From assembly GCF_036321535.1 (NCBI RefSeq), contig NC_087436.1, positions 107,014,001 to 107,078,000 on the forward strand: a stretch of 64,000 nt of DNA, in the 5' to 3' direction. The position numbers were made by a program, and so were the translations under genes. The notes under the pieces are model-generated. The model searched no databases. It was given only the letters and a program-made list of their open reading frames with translations, and was not told the origin of the DNA. Numbering within the stretch: the stretch's first letter is position 1; every line of letters begins with the position of its first letter. The stretch comes from Camelus dromedarius. Its lineage: Eukaryota. Shown piece after piece: positions 26,180 through 38,376 of the stretch.

Positions 26180-26585
26180 TGCACACCAGCACTCAGATCT
26201 TATTTTTTAATGTCCTTGTCCAACTAATGAAATCAGAGACCCTTGGAGAATTTGCTAATTCTAGGGTTGGGACAAGAAACATACAAGATGAGCCTGGAGC
26301 GTCTTAGTGTCAGTAAGTAAGGAAATACTCAAAAAGCTTGACATGGTGGGGGCATGACAAAGGGATATAGGAGCCATCTGACAGAGCTCCCACTGGCTCA
26401 CCTGGAACATTATGAGCAACAAAATAAGTAACATAGCATTGGATTTTAACCCAAAGTATAGAACAAATATCCATGTGTCTATATTGATATAAAGAAGTGG
26501 TTGAATCAATAAATGGGGAAAAGAAACAAACCTGTGCAGAAGAATTCCAAATAATTTATATTATATAGATATATCTCTTTCAAGG
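26180..26585 (+). mobile_element. L1MD-like 3'UTR fragment
   Basis: 'ttctagggttgggacaagaaacatacaagatgagcctggagc...catagcattggattttaacccaaagtata...gcagaagaattccaaataat'. Confidence 0.75.
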
Positions 26586-27350
26586 ATTAATGTTTAGTTT
26601 TGTATTTATGTATTTTCTTATTTTTATTACTGCTATTTTTGCTATTTGTGATATTGTTGTTAACTAAGGGCATGGTATATTGTTTATTTTGTTTTAAATT
26701 AGAGGAGAGTCAGAAAACTAAGAGGCATGATTAAAAGTCAACAAGGAATGTTATTCAAGACCCATTCCATTAAATGGTCCAGTGAGTGCATGGAGAAGAA
26801 ACAGAGAAATTGGTAAAACAGTGACATCAAAATGTATCATCCACCAAACATTAATGCTGCATTACGATGCTTCAGTTATCAAAATGGGATTATTATTAGT
26901 GTGGCCTTTCCCAGCAAGAAATTACATTGACTTGGGAAATTTTATTATGTTTTATTTTGCTGCAATTCCGCTATTAATTCTACTATAGAAGAAACAATCT
27001 ATTTGGGAAATTTCCTCCAAGAGTGCAAAACCCTTTGAACTAAACTTCATTAATCTTCCCAGCACCATCTGTGTCAGGGGACAAGCTCTGTTCTACAGAG
27101 CTGCTACCTCCAGACTTGAGTTGATGAACTTATTAGGGCATGAGGCTGAGCCAGGATGGGCTGGCTCCGGACCCAGCTCATGGATACAACGTCAGAATAC
27201 TCAGCAACATCTAGGCTGTTTCATCTGAAGAATCCACAGAAATAATGAAAACTGCTTTCATCTAGATTTTGCACTCTGCAAGCATGACCCCTGCCTGCAT
27301 TTTCTTAATGAGTCTACATGCAGAGAGGGGTTAAATGAGTTAGTCCCCCA

Positions 27351-27381
27351 ATGAGTCAGCAGTGTGCTAAGGAAATAAACA
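27351..27381 (+). promoter_or_regulatory. ARE/MARE (AP-1 plus GCA) and forkhead motif pair
   Basis: ATGAGTCAGCA at 27351-27361 and AAATAAACA at 27373-27381. Two more ATGAGT half-matches lie within 45 bp upstream. Confidence 0.35.
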
Positions 27382-27523
27382 CATGACTTCAAAGCTTCAT
27401 CCAGGGATCTTTTAAAATGAAAATCAAAAATCAAAAAACCACAACTGCTTCAATGTTACCAATGACCCCCTCAATGCCCTGGGATAAAATGCAAAATTTC
27501 TGGGCACATAAGGCAGACCCTTG

Positions 27524-28148
27524 TGTTGCAGGGGAGAATCGGTTCTTGTCTAGAGCAGGAAAGAATTCAAGAGCAAGGCATGGTAAAATGAATGTAAGTT
27601 TATTTAGAGAGATACACACTCCATTATTCCATGGAAGAATGTGGTCTGTCTCACTCAGATGGGAAAATGGCTTGGGAGATATACACCCCATAGGCAGCAT
27701 GTGGACCATCTCAGAAAGATGAGAGGGAGAAAAGCTGAGAGATGTGGGGTGTTTAAAGTAAAAGTAGACACACACTCCATAGACAGAGTGAGGGCTATCT
27801 CAGAAGGTGAGAGCGACAGAGTGAGTGCAACAGAACAAAAGTGACCACGAGGTGCAGGAGTTGTTAGGTTTTATGGCCTCGGTAATCTCACATGCTAATG
27901 AGGAGGAGGATTATTCCAACTACTCTGAGGAAGGGGCAAGGATTTCCAGGAATTCTACCCCCCCACCCACTTTTTGACCTTTTATGGTCAGCCTAGGAAC
28001 TGTCATGGCGCCTTTGGGTGTGCCATGAGGCTCAAGGTCTACTGGAAGTCGAATCTTCTGCCATCTTGGTTCTAATCAGTTTGTCCTGTCCTCCGTGGCT
28101 GTGTCATCCCTTCAGTGGTTGTGCCCAGCCCTCTTTCCTCCCACTTCA
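27524..28148 (-). mobile_element. ERV1-type solo LTR
   Basis: TG...CA termini with a 4-bp TSD cttg/cctg. Minus-strand TATA-like CATAAAA (27869-27875) and AATAAA (27599-27604). Also contains 'catgctaatgag', 'ctgtcatggcgcc' and 'gccatcttgg' motifs. Confidence 0.8.
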
Positions 28149-28149
28149 C

Positions 28150-28670
28150 CTGATGATCTAGAACTACCTCTTCAGACTCTTCTTCCACAACCCCTTCATG
28201 CTTTTCTACCGATGAAACCAAACTTGTGCTTCCAAGCCCTTGACCCATGCTGTGCCTTTCTGCGTGTTCTCCTCACAGCCTGAAACCGACTCCCCATCCC
28301 CTCCTCAACCCCACCCCTACCTGCACGTCCATGTGGCCCACTTGGCAAGCTCCTTTTTCCCATTCAAATTGGTCATCTGAAATTTCTTCTGCCATGTAAG
28401 GTGACCAACCATCCCAGATTGCATGGGACTGAGGGGTTTGCAGGTACTTGGAATTTCATTGCTAAAACTAGGAAAATTCCAATCCAGCTGGGACAAGTTG
28501 GTCACCTTACCCCACCCCTCATCAGCAAAATTAATCTCTTTCTCCTTTAACTTTCCTACACTTTTTATTTTTAATGTGGCACAGTACATTGCATTGCTTC
28601 ACATCTTCCCTAGCAGAGTGTAAACTCAGAGGGCAGGGAGGGGGTTTTGTTTATTCTTGTAGCCCTAGGG
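28150..28670 (+). mobile_element. L2 fragment interrupted by MER81
   Basis: Pyrimidine-rich L2 motifs on both sides of the MITE, ending 'agagtgtaaactcagagggcaggga'. Confidence 0.55.
28397..28509 (+). mobile_element. MER81 (hAT-Blackjack) MITE
   Basis: 113 bp, bounded by the perfect 14-bp inverted repeat gtaaggtgaccaac / gttggtcaccttac. Internal 'gggactgaggggttt' and 'tgctaaaact'. Confidence 0.88.
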
Positions 28671-28674
28671 AGTA

Positions 28675-29050
28675 TCCCTTAGGGGCAGCAGCATGTTAGA
28701 ATCACCTGGAAGGCGTGGTGGCTGCTGCTGCTGCTGTTGTTGTTGTTACGGTGGTGGTTGTTGTTTTAAATACCCTCTAACTCCCAGAGATTCTGAGCTA
28801 ATTGATCCAGGGTGAGGCCTGGGCATGGGTTATTTTTTGAAGCTTAACCAAGTGAGTCTAATGTGCCGTCAAAGTTGCTAACACCTGCTCTAGGGTAATG
28901 ATTCTCAGCTGGGGTGGTGTGCGCCTCAAAACTAAGCATGTCACCCCAGGCCCCAACTACCCACAGACTCCAATTTAATTTATCTGGAACGGGGTCTAGG
29001 CAGCTGTAGTCCTTAAGCGTCAGGTGATTCTAATTCACAGCTAACATTAA
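28675..29050. mobile_element. Two tandem MER5-family (hAT-Charlie) elements
   Basis: First copy: 'tagaatcacctggaag...cccagagattctga...ggtgaggcctgggcat...ctgctctag'. Second copy: 'tgattctcag...ccaggcccca...caggtgattctaat'. A (GCT/GTT)n expansion sits at about 28720-28765. Confidence 0.7.
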
Positions 29051-29299
29051 CCCTTATTTAAATATATGCATACATACAACCAAACTAAATTCCAGGCTAT
29101 CTCTATTGTCCTTAGCTCTTACCAGGCCTCTAAGTATTAATGAGTGCTGATCATACAAACAGATATTAGCATCTAATGGAATTAACACCTTCAATTTTTG
29201 GCTCAGGCCATTATGGAAGGTTGTTTTCTTCAGTGAGTCTCTCTAGGTTGTTTCCTTCATACTCACATCAACCACGTACTCCTTCTATGTCTTCATGTC

Positions 29300-29912
29300 C
29301 TCCCTCACTCACCAGTCTTCCTCAAAGCCTTCTTCTCAATCTCTTTGTTACTCCACTCATAGTCATGATTTTATCTTTCTTCCTTCCCGCCAGGTACAAA
29401 GAATCGTTTTCCAACCCTGTTGGGCCATCTTTCTACTTCCCTCCTGGTGTCCTACTGCTCTCCCATCCCCACCCAGCCAGCACAGTCCACAGACCCACTG
29501 GACTTCTTACCTCTCTCTTAAACATACAAAAAAGCCAACTCCCCAAATCAGAAACCTTTCACGTTGCTGGAAAGAATTTGCTCGCAGATTTTCAAATGTC
29601 CAGGTTCTTTTCATGTCACTAAGGAAGGAGCTCAAATATCACCTCCTCAGAAAGGCTGCCCCTGTCCCTGGTCCAGAGTAACTTCTCCACTGTCATCCTT
29701 CCCCATCCTTCCGGCTCCTGTTGGTTTCATCATAGCACTTATCATTTTCTGAAATTACCTTGTACTGTTCCTTGCTTTTCTTTTTATGTCTAACTCCCCT
29801 TTAAAGAACGTAAGCTCCACGAGGAAAAGGAAATTTTGCATCTTGTTTCCTGCTAGATCACCAGCACCTAGAACAATATCTGGACAACAGCATTTACGGA
29901 AATGAAATAAAT
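29300..29912 (+). mobile_element. L2 3' fragment
   Basis: 'gctcaaatatcacctcctcagaaagg', 'catagcacttatca', 'taagctccacgagg' and 'ccagcacctagaaca'. Confidence 0.75.
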
Positions 29913-30149
29913 ACTGACATATGCATGACAGCATAGGTGCTAATTAGGTAACCAAATCTCTGACACTGGAATTATTGATTTTTCTACCAAATGGACCTAT
30001 TTGTAGCATAATTCAGACTCCATAAATGAGCCAGAAGTATGTCTCACTAGCCAAAATTTATGGCAACATGTTCAAGACAGTGCGATGTCATGAAATAGTC
30101 TGCTCTGATGTTACATACTCATTGGTTGGCGTTTCATCTGACATTTCCT

Positions 30150-30341
30150 AGCTATATCATCAGGCACGGCTTTGATCAGTGGCCAGCAACAGTAGCATCA
30201 CCTGGGAGCTTGTCAGAAATGCAAAGGTCCTTGGGTGTCACCCCAGACCTACTGAATTAGTCTCTAGAAATGGGGTCCAGGAAATCTTTCCACAAAGCTC
30301 TTCTGGTGACTCTTGTGTACACTAAATTTTGAGAAGCACTC
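30150..30341. mobile_element. MER5A
   Basis: 'gcatcacctgggagcttgtcagaaatgca...ccccagacctactgaat...tttgagaagcact'. Confidence 0.85.
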
Positions 30342-31504
30342 ATCTAGGTCAAATTAGGACACCCTTTGAGCCCCAGCAACTTCCTTTATGCTACAAAAAT
30401 TGATAGAGGACTAAATGATAATGATGTATGCAGAAATGCTTAGCGATAGGAGATATTCAAGAGACAATGGTCTCCTTGCATTTACCTTTATTCAAAAAAA
30501 AAATTGTAGGCCTAATTAATTTCTGTTGGGCAGAATTCTGACGATTTGTTTTTCTAGACATCCATCCCACTAGGAGAAGAGAGAAAGTGAAACAAGCTAA
30601 CTGCATATCCATAAGGAAAGAAACAGAAGCGCTATAAAAAGTATATCCATCTGGGGTCAATTAGGACAGGGGCAACCAGCCCTTCATACCTCAGTAGCCC
30701 CCTGCACTACAGCACAGCTCAATCACTGATGTCTATAATGATGATCCTGCATTACTAAGTGAATGCAAAATTCTTCTCCTGAGTCTCTGCTCAAGTGTGT
30801 TCAACTTCTATTAGGAAGATTTCCATTTGATAAATTTAAATCACTTTCTGGGGGCCCAAATGGGACAAGCTTTGGTTACCTGGAACATTTTACTGGATAA
30901 AATTATCTTGTTCTCTGCAGATGCCAGAGAAATTAGACATTAGTATTTATTTGTCAATCTACTTTTCCTAGGGACTAGGTACTCTTTAACAGAAGGGGCT
31001 ATGTCTTTGCTGTCCTTGGAAATCCCATTCAGCACCTAGCTCCAGTGACTCCACACAAAAGTTCCCCAGAAGTTCTGTGGCCCGAAAGGCTGGTTGAATT
31101 CAGTAACCTGCATTTTCTATTGGGAAGAGAATGGGTCATCGCTGTTCTCACTGCCCTCTTGGATACCCTTTAAGCTTGTGCTCTTGCCAGATAAGCAAAA
31201 GGGAGAGCAATTCTCAAAGTCATTGGCATTTATTGAAAGCCAAAGAAATTAGTGAGCTCTGACATTTATAGGTCTTAAACATTAAAGAAGTTAAAAGTAG
31301 TTCAAACAAGGTTCAAGTCTTAAATATAATGCCATAAAAGTTGCTGTTAATTCTCTAATAATCACTCTGTTTATTATTTCAATAGCCAGATTTACAGCTC
31401 CAGTCAGTCCTAACATTTAACAACATGGTCTCTCACCTTCTAATCCTTTGAGTTTCCCAAGGACCTGAGTTGTCTCTGATGGGGCAGTCCAGAATGGTTT
31501 CACA

Positions 31505-31740
31505 ACTTTGAGCACTTACTATAGGTCAAGTTTGTTATAGTTGCTTCACGTGTATTAATTCATTTAATCTTCACAATAACTCAATGAGGTAGGGACCATT
31601 ATGAAATCTGTTTTATAAATGAGGATTCGAAAGCACAAAGGGGTCAAGCAATTTACCCGAATTTCTACAGCTAGTAGGTGGGGACCCAGCCAAACTTTAC
31701 ACTCAGAGTCTGAATGCTGAATCATTCTGCAATACTGTCT
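31505..31740 (-). mobile_element. MIR SINE
   Basis: 'ttgagcacttactat...tcatttaatcttcacaataac...atgaggtagg'. Confidence 0.8.
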
Positions 31741-34099
31741 TCCAGTGAAATAAAATGTTTCAGTTGAAGAAAATACAATAAACTCCTACTTATTCATTAT
31801 GTGGGCTAGAGGTCATAAAGCTCGGACTTAGGAAGAACTAGGATGCAGGGAAACCTCTCTGTCCCTCTGAAATTCTCCTCTTTTCTCTACTCTATCACCC
31901 ACATCCCCCATCCTCAGCAGCATTGTGAGAATGGAGGGAACTGTCTCTCAAATTCATATAAAGCATTTGCATAACTTCTCTGCTGCACTTGCTGTTCCAA
32001 ACTCAAGGCAGGTAGTCTGGTTAGCAAGAGCTTTGGGAAAAGATTTTGTTGCAGATGAGGTCAAAACCATTGTTAATGTGAGGTTTGGACAGTCTTTGTT
32101 GATTTGGCTTTGTGCAACTATTCTTGCTCTCCATTAGCATCAATAATTGATGCCTGGTTTCTTTTGAAAGCATTGACTTTGAATGAGACATATACCTACA
32201 GACATGGATACAAAACACCTTCATACACATGCACGTGTGTATATATGCTAACACTCATGTGTATCGTATATGATATACATATATATGTACATATAAATCC
32301 ACACAGCTAATGCCTTACCTTATAAGAGAAAATAATGGAATGTAACCCTAGTGCAAAACTAATTCAGAAAGGAGGCAGGCATTTGCTTAGTTGCATTGAA
32401 CAAAGTAAACAAAACCTGTCAAACAAGCTTGAACTATAAACAAAATAAGCCTTGATGAGCACAGCAGGTTCATCCTTGAAAGAAGCCAATTTGTCTGGAC
32501 AGGTCTCAAGCCCTGAGTTCGATGCAAGTGCAGGTGGAAGCAGCCTCTGTCACCTCTTCCGGGCGAGATGCAGGGCTCAGTCAGTATCAGTGAATGAGAA
32601 AACTCTTTTGGCTTTTCAGTGAATACAGAATAAATGTCACTTTCTTTGGAAATGACCTTTCTGCTATTCTCATCTTTGTATATAAAGTTGCTGTGTGAGA
32701 AAATCCATGCCTATGAATTTCATTTCTGAAGGTACAACAGAATCATTCCATAGACATTTTCAAGATGGATGGACTAAAAAGTATCAGAGTCAGAGATGAG
32801 AGTCGATTTCTTCAGTGATCTTGAAAGAATCAACATCATCAGGTTCTCGTCCAGTGTAATTCAGTAGGGGTTTTAGACTCTCATCACATGAGTGTTTGGA
32901 TCGAGATATGCAGGGCATTTCTTATAAAGGGGTTTGTTGAAAATTGTTTGGCTTCCATTCACCAAAGAAAATTGACAGCATGTACCCTTCACTGGGGACA
33001 TTTCTTGGCCCTTCTGTCCATTAAACAGACCTCCAAATTAATCCCCTTGAAATTCTAGAGATGGGCATATTTGTGATGGTGTTAATGAAAAACAAAGTAT
33101 ATATTCTGTTGCAGAATTTCCAGAAAAAAAAACAGATGTCTCACGCACAGGTCTTAAATGGCCAGCATCTGTAAGAGATGGATATTTTAGCTTGTACAAA
33201 CTGAGAATTGCTACGAATGCATTGCAGTCTTCCAGGACTAATAACACCATGCCAGAAGCAATCAAGCTTAAAAAAAAAAAAATCTCAGCTGTCCAGCAAA
33301 TAGATGATCATTATTACAGCAAATCACTATGCACCTAAGAACAAATGAAGTTTATAGTTCAGTGTAATTCAATGGCCGGATTTCATCACCAGCTCTCCAA
33401 AGTAGTGCAATCTGTCATAGGAATACAATTGGCAATTTCAATTTGGAAACCTCACCAAGGTCTAATTAAGCAACAATTGCAAGCTCCTCCCACTCCCAGC
33501 CCCCAACCCCACCTCCCCACCCCCAAATGCTGGAAGTTTTTGCATCTTAAAATGGGTATCCACTCTAAACGTTCTTTTGCGAAGTATTCTCTCAAAATTC
33601 TGACCAGAAATTTCACCGTTTTTGTGCCAAGACTCAACTTAAAACACTGATGTGAGCTTTCAGATACAAAAGGAAAACATCGTCAGAGCCATCGTCTGGT
33701 TGCAAATGCCTTGAAAGAAGTAGCTGGATCTTGCTCACTAAAATGAAATGACTAAAATGAAAACATTTTAGTCCCAGTACAATGCCTAGGACCCAGCACT
33801 ACAGTTATTGAATAAGAGAAAAAGTTTTAGTAAAATGTCATTAATTTAGAATCCTTTAATTCAGGCTTTGCGTTAACACGCACGTCTCAAGCTTGGGTTT
33901 TGATGCATCATCCCCCTTTACTATGAAAAAGCAATTATTACTCACTAATTTAGGACTCAAACATTGACAATTTGCCGATGTGGGTCGTGAAGGATAAGCT
34001 CTGTTATACAGCAGTATTTTAAAGGCAGTATTTATATACAAATAATTATTATGCTAATTTCACAGCATCTTGATCTACTCATTAACACAGATAGGAAGA

Positions 34100-34300
34100 G
34101 TCAGCATGGTGTGGTGGGAAAGCATTAAAAGGGTAATTAGGAGCCCTGGGCTCTGATCCTAGCTCCAGCTCTCATTAGTGGTGTCACCTTGGCCAAGTCA
34201 CTTAACCCCTCTGAGTCTATTTCCTCACCTGTAGAATGAAGAGGTTGAACTAGAGCAGCCTGAGCGCCCTTCTGGCGTTAACATTTTACGAATCTATGAT
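34100..34300 (+). mobile_element. MIR SINE
   Basis: 'ccttggccaagtcacttaacccctctgagtctatttcctcacctgtagaatg'. Confidence 0.85.
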
Positions 34301-34399
34301 CCCGATGAACGCCCAACCATTTCCCTCTCTTATCACAGGACCAGTTTTTGTCTATGATGTACTCTGAGCCTCTCTTGCATTGCCCACACTTCCTTGACA

Positions 34400-34682
34400 G
34401 TAATTAACTCCTCTGTTTCTTCAGGAGGCTGGTTCCTCAGGAAAATCATCCTTGATTTGCTAAGTTCTACTATAATCTCACATGGCTATGCCACCGTCCT
34501 TCAGAGTATGTATCACAATTCTAATTTTTAATGAATGTCCATCACCTCCACTAGATTTCTTGTTTCTTGAGGACAGAGACAGCATCTGTCTCTGCTTCAC
34601 TGGCACTTTCTATGATGCCTGTCACAGAGTAGGCACTCAATAAATAGTTATGAAATGAACATTTGAGTGAATGAATGAATAC
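34400..34682 (+). mobile_element. L2 3' end
   Basis: 'cttgaggacagagac...gtaggcactcaataaata...tgaatgaatgaat'. Confidence 0.8.
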
Positions 34683-37600
34683 AAGACACAGTGCTAAACA
34701 AACTGATAATTGTCTTTCAATGAAAGGTGGCGGTGGGGGGGTTGACACATGTTAGCCTGACTCTCATTACTATGTGTATTTAAAAGTCATAAAATTGCTC
34801 CTTTTCAATGGTATCTCATTTCTTTAATTAGATCACTTGCAACTTACTCCAAGATAAAACTTTTTTTTTAACTGGTTTCCATATCAGAATTAAAGTGATG
34901 CGAATTTGAACCAAGAGTCTTAAATGGTGACATTTGCAGAAGGAGAGGTCTTATGGCTACTGCCAACATAAATATGAACCTGTATGTTTTTTTTCCATAA
35001 ATGCTGCCATTATTCTGTTTTAATACATGTATAATTTCAGCCTTTAAGTTTTCCTATCAGAGTTTCATCCATACATTCATGATCATCTGTGGAGATTTTA
35101 TAAATGTACATATATCTAAAATTTTACTAAATTCTCTGAATGCCAGATCATTCTTTTTAGTTTTACCTTGTGTTTCTCTTGTTTTTCAAGCCTGTTATAT
35201 TTCAAGCAGTTTTCCCCAGTCATTTTCTCTGGTTTTAAACCTTCCCATTGGTAATGAATTTCGATCGCGAGGCAAGGAAATTTCACATTTGCAGAAGTTC
35301 ACTGTATGAATATATTTCATGCTATTAACTCAAGTTTCAAATCATATGTAACTAAGCACAGGTGCCCCCTGTCATCGTTGTCTTCTGCCCCTTTCCTTTT
35401 CCAGAGAAAAGAAGAAATTGTGATTTATAGTAAATCCTGGCATTAAAAGAATATCTCCTATACATCCTTTTGTGATTTGTTCTGGACTTGAAGGATGACA
35501 TGTAATAATAAATAGTCAAGTTTCAAAGATGACAGTTCAGAATTTCAAGAAAGAGAAATGACATATCAAATAGCAATATTTCCATCAGGAATGTGGCTAA
35601 ATAGGTGGAGACAAATGAATCTAATTCACTCCTTTTGTATGTGAACTCCTGGCTATGGATTCTCAAATTATCCCTTCTTATTTTTACGTAGAATAGCAGT
35701 TTTTACCCAGTATCATTGGGTTGCCTACAATCTGTGTAAACATCACAGACAAGAAGCCTTTCGTTTGTAATTATTCCAAATTTCTCAAAATTCAAGATGC
35801 TGCCACCACAAGCTTTATGACCATAAAGTACATTCTTCACAGAAGCATATTCCAATTCTTATATCCATTCAGATTTGTGGACTGGTGACTTTCATGTTCC
35901 TAGGAAAGCAGAAATTGGGCTACAGTCGTGGGGAGACTCTTTTCTCCCTCTTCTTGCCTTTAATTTGAACTTTGTAGTTTGATGCACCAAAATCCTTTGA
36001 TATATCCATCAATAAGCATGCCACATTTTTTGGTTTGGGGTTGATAAACACATTAACATATAAGTCTTAAGAGAAGGCATCTGTCAGTTGGCACTTTCTG
36101 AATAATAACCTGCCCAAAGTTGTTGAGAGTTAGGTGTCATTTGGGCATTTTGTCTGGTCTGTGCCTGGTGACAACCACATTCAGCTGGGGCTCAGCTGGC
36201 ACCTCTTTCTGCTTAGCTCCAACCCCTCAACCTAAACAGCTAAATGTGAGTGCCACGGCTTAGAATCAGAGAAACAAAGACCAGAAATTCCACTATGAAG
36301 TTCAGTTGTGTAAGGGAGATAAAAGATTTCCATGTAGATGTTGTACAATGGAGAAAAGTGAAAAAAACAAAAAAACAAAAGCAAAAACAAACAAGCCACT
36401 CAGGTGGGAAAAGATGACACTGAACAACAGTGAGAGTTTTGCAGAGAGTGAAGTAGACGATAGTTCAAGGGGACTGGCTGCATTCCGAGCCATCATCTAG
36501 TTGATATTTCAGTTGCCTGCAAGTTTCATCCTCCACAGTGCATCTTATGTTCATCTCCTTTGGAGTGAGGTTTCTTTGCTTTGGCATTTATCCAGGGCTC
36601 CATATAAACTAACTCACATGGAAAGGAACCCATCTAATGGACCATTCAGAGGATGAGAGTATTTAGAAAACTTTAGGAGTGATGGCATAGGAGAGGAATT
36701 CTCTTATTCCTGAACAACATTAGAAGAGACAGAGTAATGTTGAAACCTACCACTAATCTGTAGCAACATCATATTATGTTTTTTAAAATAAGTATGTGAA
36801 TATTTCTTTAGATTGATGCATGCCTAGTCCATTAGCAAAAGTATAAATACTTTCCCATCTTTCTTTTTTTTCTCCAAATTTTATATTTATATAAAATGCA
36901 AGTCTATGTGAGTGTTGCAATTTTTAAAACCATATTTGACAGCCTTTCCAAATCTTTGGAATGGTTAAAAATTGAACTTGGGACTCACCCTCCAAGAATA
37001 TGTTACTTGGAATGATAATACCATCATCCTCTGAGTGGGCCATTAAATGTGTTTACAGATCAGACATGCAAAAAGACATTTTATCATAATCATTTTTGCT
37101 GGTTTGTATTTAGACTGCTTCTTGCAATTTCTACTTTTAGTGGTTAAGAGTCTTTCTGGTTCACTTTTTAAATGTTCCAAATCAAAATGCAGAGGCAAAA
37201 TTCTTGTCAATGTTGAAAAAAAGATATTTAAGAACTGTTCAAATCAAATTTATATTTCAGTCATTTGATTTCCCCCAAATGGAGAAAAAAAGCCTAATCA
37301 ACAGAAGAGCTTTTTCCAGTAGTTCATAATTCTCTTTAAGTGAGGACTCAAGAAAAACATTCTCCCAGCATTGCACAGAAAAGAGAAGAAACTCCCTGAA
37401 GACATATTAAAGCAATGAGGGAGCGATATGAGGGGGGAGAGGAAGAAAGAGCCAGAGTGAACGGATCCATTGGCCTAAAGCAGTCAGAATGGGGATGGCT
37501 TCGACTGAACAAATACCTAATGAACCCAGAAGCAGTGGTACCAGCCTTGGACCTCATGGACAGCCCATCCGCACACTCAAGTGAGGAGGACCTTGCTGCT

Positions 37601-37994
37601 GGCCACATAATGATTATTTCAGAGACGTGGATGTCTGAGGAAAGAGGAGGGGAAAGTCTAACTTTCTTCACGGTGAACAAGATCAAGAGCCACACATCCA
37701 ACCCTGCACTTTCAAAAGTTCCCCCTTTGAGATGGTACATAGTAAAACCTCATAAATTTGGACCCTATTATAGGTCCTTTCTCCCAGCAGTCATGACGGT
37801 GTTCTGGGAAAGTTTTATTACCCACCTCAAGTCAAGGAACTCGGTGGGAAAGAGTGATGTGACAGCTCAAGTTTGTCTTGTGGAAGTGCATTTTTATCCA
37901 GGCTTGTTTTAGTCACAAAACCTCCTGCTCCTTTAACATACAGCAGGATAGGAAACTCTTCTTTTTACAGGGACTTACCTCCTTTTTGTTACAG

Positions 37995-38290
37995 GATTTT
38001 GGCTTGAACTGGGATCTCAGCTCAAAATCACCTCCTCGTTAGAGACATCGACTACCCAGACTATATCAGCCCCATCCAACACCTCATTTTGTTTCCTTAA
38101 TATTTCTTTTAACTATATAAAAGCATCCCTACTATTTACTTGTTTTTAATCTGTCTCCCCCATGAGAATGAAAGTTCCATGAAAGCAGGGACCTCCTGGA
38201 GATTGTCTAGAACTGTATTCTTAGCTATTAGAACAATGCCTGGCATGTAGTAGGTACTCAATAAATATAGTTAAATGAACGAATCAATGA
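37995..38290 (+). mobile_element. L2 3' end
   Basis: 'tctcagctcaaaatcacctcctc...aagttccatgaaagcagggac...tgcctggcatgtagtaggtactcaataaata'. Confidence 0.8.
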
Positions 38291-38376
38291 GTTAGTGCTG
38301 ATGGACACCATCTTACAGAGATAGGTGGTAGGGGAAGGTATCTAATTTGGGTTCTGGTCCCCAGTTTCACCGTACA

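Noticed and set aside
29176..29681. 148-aa and 128-aa ORFs
   Set aside because: They lie mostly in pyrimidine-rich L2 sequence and translate to low-complexity S/L/P-rich peptides.
37348..37912. Overlapping 165-aa (+) and 130-aa (-) ORFs in unique DNA
   Set aside because: There is no recognisable protein, convincing splice frame or promoter, and ORFs of this length can occur by chance in 64 kb. A BLASTP search would settle it.
37974..37985. Perfect minus-strand donor GAG|GTAAGT
   Set aside because: The upstream sequence is an L2 relic with no good acceptor, so the motif is isolated.
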